DNA of 64,000 nucleotides from Azolla caroliniana (taxonomy: Eukaryota > Plantae > Polypodiophyta), in the NCBI GenBank assembly GCA_043228905.1, contig JBHGNT010000017.1:10974001-11038000 (forward strand), in the 5' to 3' direction. Under the pieces are notes generated by a model that was not told the origin of the DNA, did not search any database, and worked only from the letters and a program-made list of their open reading frames with translations. Made by a program: the position numbers and the translations under genes. Positions 58,260 to 64,000 of the stretch are shown here, piece after piece. How positions within the stretch are numbered: position 1 is the stretch's first letter; each line of letters begins with the position of its first letter.

Positions 58260-59060
58260 GTCGATTTAGTGCAGATTATTTAGTACTAAATGTCTTAAAT
58301 GTTTAGTTGTATAACTTGTATTAGTATTAACATTGTTTATTGCATTATTGCTTTGCATGATTAAGTACTAACAATACTTATTCCATTGTATTACTTCGTG
58401 ATCATTTGATTCAGTATTGATTATTTAGTACAAAGAGTCGTAAATGTTTAGTTGTATAACTCGTATTAGTACTAACATTGGTTAATTGCATTGTACTTTT
58501 TGTGTCCACTTTACGTAGGCTTTCCATAACCGAACAAATAGGCATGTCGGTCTTGGTTGTTTAGTACTAACATTGTTCATTACCATCAGAAATATGCATG
58601 TCCAGGTGGTTCAATACTTTTCCTTTAAGATCCTAAGATGTTGATTAAGTACTAACAGTACTTTTTGAGTCCACTTGACTTAGGCTTTGCATAACCAAAC
58701 AAATAGGCATGAAGGTCTTTGCTTTTTAGTACTAACATTGTTCATTACCAGATGAAATATGTGTGTCTAGGTGGCTTAGTACTAATCCTTTAAGTTCCTA
58801 AGATGTTGATTAAGTACTAACATTACTTAATACATTGTATTCCTTTATGATCAATTGATTCAGTATTGATTATTTGGTATGGAGGGTCCTAAATGTTTAG
58901 TTGTATAACTTGTATTAGTACTAACATTGCTTATTGCGTGTCCACTTGAATTAGGCTTTGCATGACCGAACAAATAGACATGAATGTGTTGGCTTTTTAG
59001 TACTAACATTGTTCGGATCTAGATGAAATATGCATGTCCAGGTGCATCAGTACTATATTT
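58260..59060. repeat. AT-rich degenerate tandem repeats built on TTAGTACTAACATTG
   Basis: More than 10 AGTACT(AAC) cores, with repeated blocks AAATGTTTAGTTGTATAACT and AACAAATAGGCATG. Confidence 0.75.
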
Positions 59061-60020
59061 GTTATTTTGGACTCCTGTTATAATATGTACTCTTATAATA
59101 TGTATTCTTATAATATGAATGTTGTAGTTTCTAGCAACACCACACCAGGGAAGGTAATTGACAAACCAGGCCCCGCATTACTACGTACAGAGTCTGCTAC
59201 AAATTCCAAAGTCCACGGTCGTTCCTTAGTGATACCTGATGAAGTTTATGATGAAGATGAATGTATGAGAAAGTCCATTGGAACAATTGAAGATATGATT
59301 CTTGAAACAAAATCTCCTAGCTCGACACGCCCTGACTCTGTGAATGGTAATGCTAATTGTGTTTGCCTTTCTAAATTCTGAAATGTTGGTATACTACTAA
59401 TTTATTATGTTTCTATGAAAGAGCCTACAAAGAAGCGTAATGCTGCAAGGAAATTGTACAGAAAGGGGAAAAAATGCAAAGTTGATTGTTGTGGTGGGTA
59501 ATACAAATTCTCACAAACTTGTGGCTATTGACATCTTGATGAGTTAGACTAATATTGCATATTTCTGTTTTTAGACAAGCAAGAAAAGAGTAATGAAAAT
59601 GGAGTTACAGATTCAGAGCCACAATATGAAGAAGAATTTATTTCACTTCCAGGTACATGTTGGTAGCATATTACTTCGCGTGACAATATTACTTCACGTG
59701 ACAATAATGTACAGGTGTATTAATACATAGGGCATGATGAAGAGCCCCAAGTTGAAACTGGGATCATCCCAAGCAACAATGACGATGTAACAGTAGGTAA
59801 ACATTTGTCCCTTAACCTTAATCATTTGGCTAGGTGCCTTCACTTTTTCAGAATGTGAATTGATATTGTTCTTGGATCACTTTATTGTTATTTAGGAGTA
59901 GAAGAGCATGTAGATTCACAAATGCAATCAAATGATTCAGGCAGTTAATGGAGCAAACTTGATTATTCTAGCTCAGATGCTAACACACATGAGGAATGTG
60001 AGATCAGTCAAAAAGAGTAG

Positions 60021-60632
60021 TTGGAGTGTGAAAAGCCTGAGGTGACAAGCAACTTTGCAATGGAGTCTACAAAGAATGTGAAAATGACCCAAGGAGAGAA
60101 TGAGGTGTGTGTCCAAAACACCACAAGCAGCCTTAATCTAGGGCAAGGATGTAACATTAAGGAGACCCCTGCAGCTACCCAAGAAGGAGAGTGTGGTACT
60201 ACGAATGAGGTGTCTGTCCAAAATACTGCAAGTAGCTTGCACTTGGAGCACTCTAATAATGTGGTAGTGGTGTCTACCCAAGGAGAGGAACATGTTTGTA
60301 CTCCTAATAATGTGGTAGTGGAAACTACCCAAGATGAGGAACATGTTAGTACTCCTAATAATGTGGTAGTGGAGCCAGAAAAGTTGAAGAATGACACGTC
60401 GAATGACCTCCACGAGATTTCTGGCAAGACTATCGACCGCATCTTCTTGGAAGTGTGTGCATCTCAGGCAGTTCCAATAGAGCACACTGTTCCCTCCAGC
60501 TTGGCTTCACCCTCCGATGATGAGTTGCCACTAAGTAGTTTACTACCTCGTGGTTTTAAGATGAAGAAGGGCGTGAAATCTGAGAAGAATGAAACCAAAA
60601 ATAGGCGCATTACAAGATCTAGAAAAAACTAA
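60021..60632 (+). CDS. Low-complexity acidic ORF or exon with internal repeats (TQGEEHVCTPNNVVVE); possibly the last exon of the RING gene
   Basis: 203-aa ORF with ~51-bp tandem units; no recognisable domain. Confidence 0.35.
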   Translation: MECEKPEVTSNFAMESTKNVKMTQGENEVCVQNTTSSLNLGQGCNIKETPAATQEGECGTTNEVSVQNTASSLHLEHSNNVVVVSTQGEEHVCTPNNVVVETTQDEEHVSTPNNVVVEPEKLKNDTSNDLHEISGKTIDRIFLEVCASQAVPIEHTVPSSLASPSDDELPLSSLLPRGFKMKKGVKSEKNETKNRRITRSRKN

Positions 60633-60744
60633 AACCAAAGTTTATTGTATATTGATCATTTTAATTTATAGGAATGCTAAGTCATTTATTACCATCATCT
60701 TGACATAGTTTTAATTTACTTGTTATGCACACATGTCATGGTGA

Positions 60745-61290
60745 CACAGCTTTAGTACTAACGATAAGTTTATTGTATCTAGGTTGTTGTCAGTAATTGA
60801 AAGGAATGTTAAGTTATTGTTTACCCTCATCATGACATTGTTCTGGTTTACTTGTTATGCAAACATGTGACAGTAGGAAGATGAGTGATGAGTGTCACTA
60901 CTTTGATTCATATGTCTACGGATGCAAACTCTTAACACTGCTTTAGTACTAACGATAAGTTTATTGTATCTAGGTTGTTGTCTGTAATTGATAGGAATGT
61001 TAAGTTATTGTTTACCCTCATCGTGACATTGTTCTGGTTTACTTGTTATGCAAACATGTGACAGTGAGAAGATGAGTGATGAGTGACACTACTTTGATAC
61101 ATATGTCTACGTTAGCAAACTCTTAACACACATTTAGTACTAACTTGATATGCATTCTACTAACTTTGATACATATGACCTCCTAAAGAGTTATAGGCAC
61201 ACATATGATACATATGAACTACTAAAGAGTTATAAGCACACATATGAACTCTTAACTTTGATACATATGAACTCCTAACTTTGATACTAA
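60745..61290. repeat. ~190-bp tandem duplication plus short CTTTGATACATATG repeats
   Basis: CTTTAGTACTAACGATAAGTTTATTGTATCTAGG occurs at ~60750 and ~60941. Confidence 0.8.
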
Positions 61291-61467
61291 CGTAGGCTCC
61301 AAGCACTAGACACTTCATGTAAAAGAAACATACATATCTAAACCAAAGAGGAATATTGTTAGAAAACCCAAGATAAATATGAAAACCGGTTTTGATTTAT
61401 TTCCTTTCACGTGTAAGTTAGAGTTTGAATACATGCAAAAGTTACATTAGACACAACACTTGGCATT

Positions 61468-62100
61468 CTAGGCATTAAAGAGGGAGACCTCCCCCAATAT
61501 GTGTTCGTGTACCCCTTTGGGGACCTTGTAGATTGTGTTGTATCCCTTAACCTTGTGCTTTGCTTGAGTCATTTTGAACTTGATTGTGATAATGGCATCA
61601 CCATAGATAATTGTGGTGGGTACATCTTTTAACAATGCATATGTGTTCTTGCAGTGTGGCAACTTTGCATAGTAGTTGCCATACACGATAGAGTCACCAA
61701 CATTGAACATGTTGCCCCAGCCATCCCTCATGACTTCTTCCAATATTGTATTTCCTTGCTTGCACACCACAACATAGTAGTCTTCAAAATCTTCATTCTG
61801 AGGAGATTTGAGCACTGCAAAATGATCTCCAATTTCTAATAATGTTGCCAAGTCCTCACACTGGTTGTAGTAGACAATATTGTCTGAATGTTCGTTTTCT
61901 TGGATATTCATGCTGTCTTCTATCTCTAGCTTTTGTAGCTTCCATGGCTCCACAATTGATAGATTGGTGCATTCATCCCAAGCTTCATCTAAACACATGG
62001 AACAAAAGCAAGATAAACTACAGAATAACAATTGTGTTGTGCATTTTGGGAGTACAAGATGCACCAATACCTTGTTGGACAAGGCTATTGGAGCTACATC
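61468..62100 (-). pseudogene. Probable C-terminal fragment of a DNA-transposon transposase (Sola2-like CxC region)
   Basis: TQLLFCSLSCFCSMCLDEAWDECTN..VEPW followed by IGDHFAV..YYVVVC..GDSIVYGNYY. Family assignment is from motif recall only. Confidence 0.45.
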
Positions 62101-62112
62101 AAAGGAGCGCAC

Positions 62113-64000
62113 GAAGACTGACCCGTCAACACGGCTCCTGGCGTATCTCCGGGAAGGAAGGAATTCGGCGAGAATTCACTTGTTGACATACTTTGCAACA
62201 AAACGGAGTAGCCGAGCGCAAAAATCGGCACATCCTCGAAGTAGCGCAGGCCATGATGAACGAGAAGCATATGCCCAAGTCATATTGGGCCGAAGCTGCA
62301 AATACGGCCGTCTACCTAATGAACTGGTGCACAACATCCGGCGTGCACGAGGTCAGTTTGCACGAAAAATACTTCGGAAAGAAGCCGGACTTATCGCACA
62401 TCCGGATATTCGGCGCGATAGCGTACATGCACATCCCCGACGAGAAGCGTCAAAAGCTTGACCCAAAGTCGGAGAAATGTATCCTCGTAGGATACTCACT
62501 CGAACAAAAGGGGTACAAGTGCTACAACCCCTCAACTTGAAAATCTCGAGTAAGTCGAGACGTTGTTTTTGACGAGTCTGCATCCCGGTACGCACCAGAG
62601 ACAACTTCGCCTCCGAATCCGCTCGACCTGGAATGTGCCGAACAAGAAATCGTGGATGAAGATCGCCCTACGTGCATGATCAATGAAAGTCCAATCACGA
62701 CCCGACTGAGCAAACCACAAGAGCCTTTGAGCGATCAAAGCACATCACGGCCTACCCCGAAGATGGACAAACGCAAGGCAAAAATGGTGGAATACGAAGA
62801 CGATCGCTTCGACGATGATGAATCACCTCACTCACTCGACAATGAGTTCAATGGCTTCGATGTACCAATTGGAGCTAAGAAAGCCCTCATCTCTGCAAAT
62901 AAAAAGCTCCGCCGATCCACTCGTGAAAAGAACCCCATAAGCCATTTCGGCTACAACGATTATATGGCGTACCATTATGCCTTTATGATGAAGGTATCAA
63001 TAGTGCGGGAGCCAGAAACCTTTTCCCAAGCCGTGAAGGACCCGCGATGGATCGAAGCAATGAACGAGGAGATGTAGGCACTACGGAAGAATGAGATGTG
63101 GGATCTCGTTTCCACCTCACCGCACAAAAAGGTGATCGGATGCAGATGGATCTACAAAGTGAAGTACAACGCCGACGGTTCCGTCAACCGCTACATAGCC
63201 GACTCGTAGCAAAAGGCTACGCACAAATGCATGGAGTTGATTACGAGGAAACCTTTGCCCCGGTGGCAAAGATGACGACGGTACGAACCATAATTGCGCT
63301 TGCCGCGGCGAAAGGGTGGCACCTCCATCAAATGGATGTCAAGAACACCTTTCTACAAGCGAATTAGAAGAGGAGGTGTACATGATCCAACCACCCGGCT
63401 TCAACTCGAGCACCCATCCGAAAGTTGTGTGCCGACTCAAGAAGCCACTCTACGGCCTCAAGCAAGCACCGCGTGCTTGGCATTCGAAGATAATGCAATA
63501 TCTTCATCAAATCGGCTTCCGTATGTCAAAATCGGATAACTCCCTCTACATACGAAGCGATTTTGCAAGTCCGATCATCATCATCTTATATGTGGATGAC
63601 CTAGTCATTGGAGGTGAGCATCTCGTCGAAATCAATAAGGTCAAATCCCTACTTTCCGACAAGTTCGAGATGACAGACATGAAGGAACTCCACTACTTAC
63701 TCGGCATCGAGGTAATTCAGACTCCGGCCGGAATCATGATTTCTCAACGGCACTACATCCTCAACTTGTTATACAAGTTCGGTATGGCTGAGTGCAAATC
63801 CGCGGCAACCCCGCTTGATCGCAATCTCAAACTCGATGCGAACTCCGGCACCAAAGCGTGTGAGCTGACCCAATATCGGCAACTCATCAGGAGTCTCATC
63901 TACCTCACGATCACACGACTCGATCTAGTTATCCGATCGGTCTCCTTTGTCAATTCATGCAAACACCATGTGATACTCACTTGGATTGCGCTAAGTGAGT
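62113..64000 (+). pseudogene. pol: C6: Copia integrase-RT fragment of the C1/C4 family, running off the window end
   Basis: [49 protein letters not shown]. Confidence 0.92.

Overview
This is eukaryotic, plant-type, repeat-dense DNA with no intact host gene. It is a nest of LTR retrotransposons, and the element families suggest a non-seed land plant such as a fern (inference). I resolved three related non-chromoviral Ty3/Gypsy elements: G1 at 863-10780 (TSD GATTG), G2 at 20662-35736 (TSD GGACT) and a 3' fragment G3 at ~50520-52151. There are six Ty1/Copia elements or fragments, including C3 at 26814-32124, which has apparently identical LTRs and an intact 1357-aa polyprotein. The window also holds a chromovirus integrase/chromodomain fragment, a LINE 5' fragment and two spliced pseudogenes, one ParB/Srx-like and one encoding a RING-H2 protein. 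The most unusual signal is in the three Gypsy elements. None has a polypurine tract abutting the 3' LTR. Each instead carries a conserved copy of the 3' end of tRNA-Arg(UCU) (GGGTTCGA, a 13-14 nt hairpin insert, then CCCAYGGGCGTGCCA) ending exactly 2 nt before the 3' LTR. This amounts to a second, inverted primer-binding site and suggests tRNA-primed or tRNA-mimic-primed plus-strand synthesis. The same elements carry a large uncharacterised third ORF. All comparisons and tRNA matches were made by eye or from recall; no searches were run.
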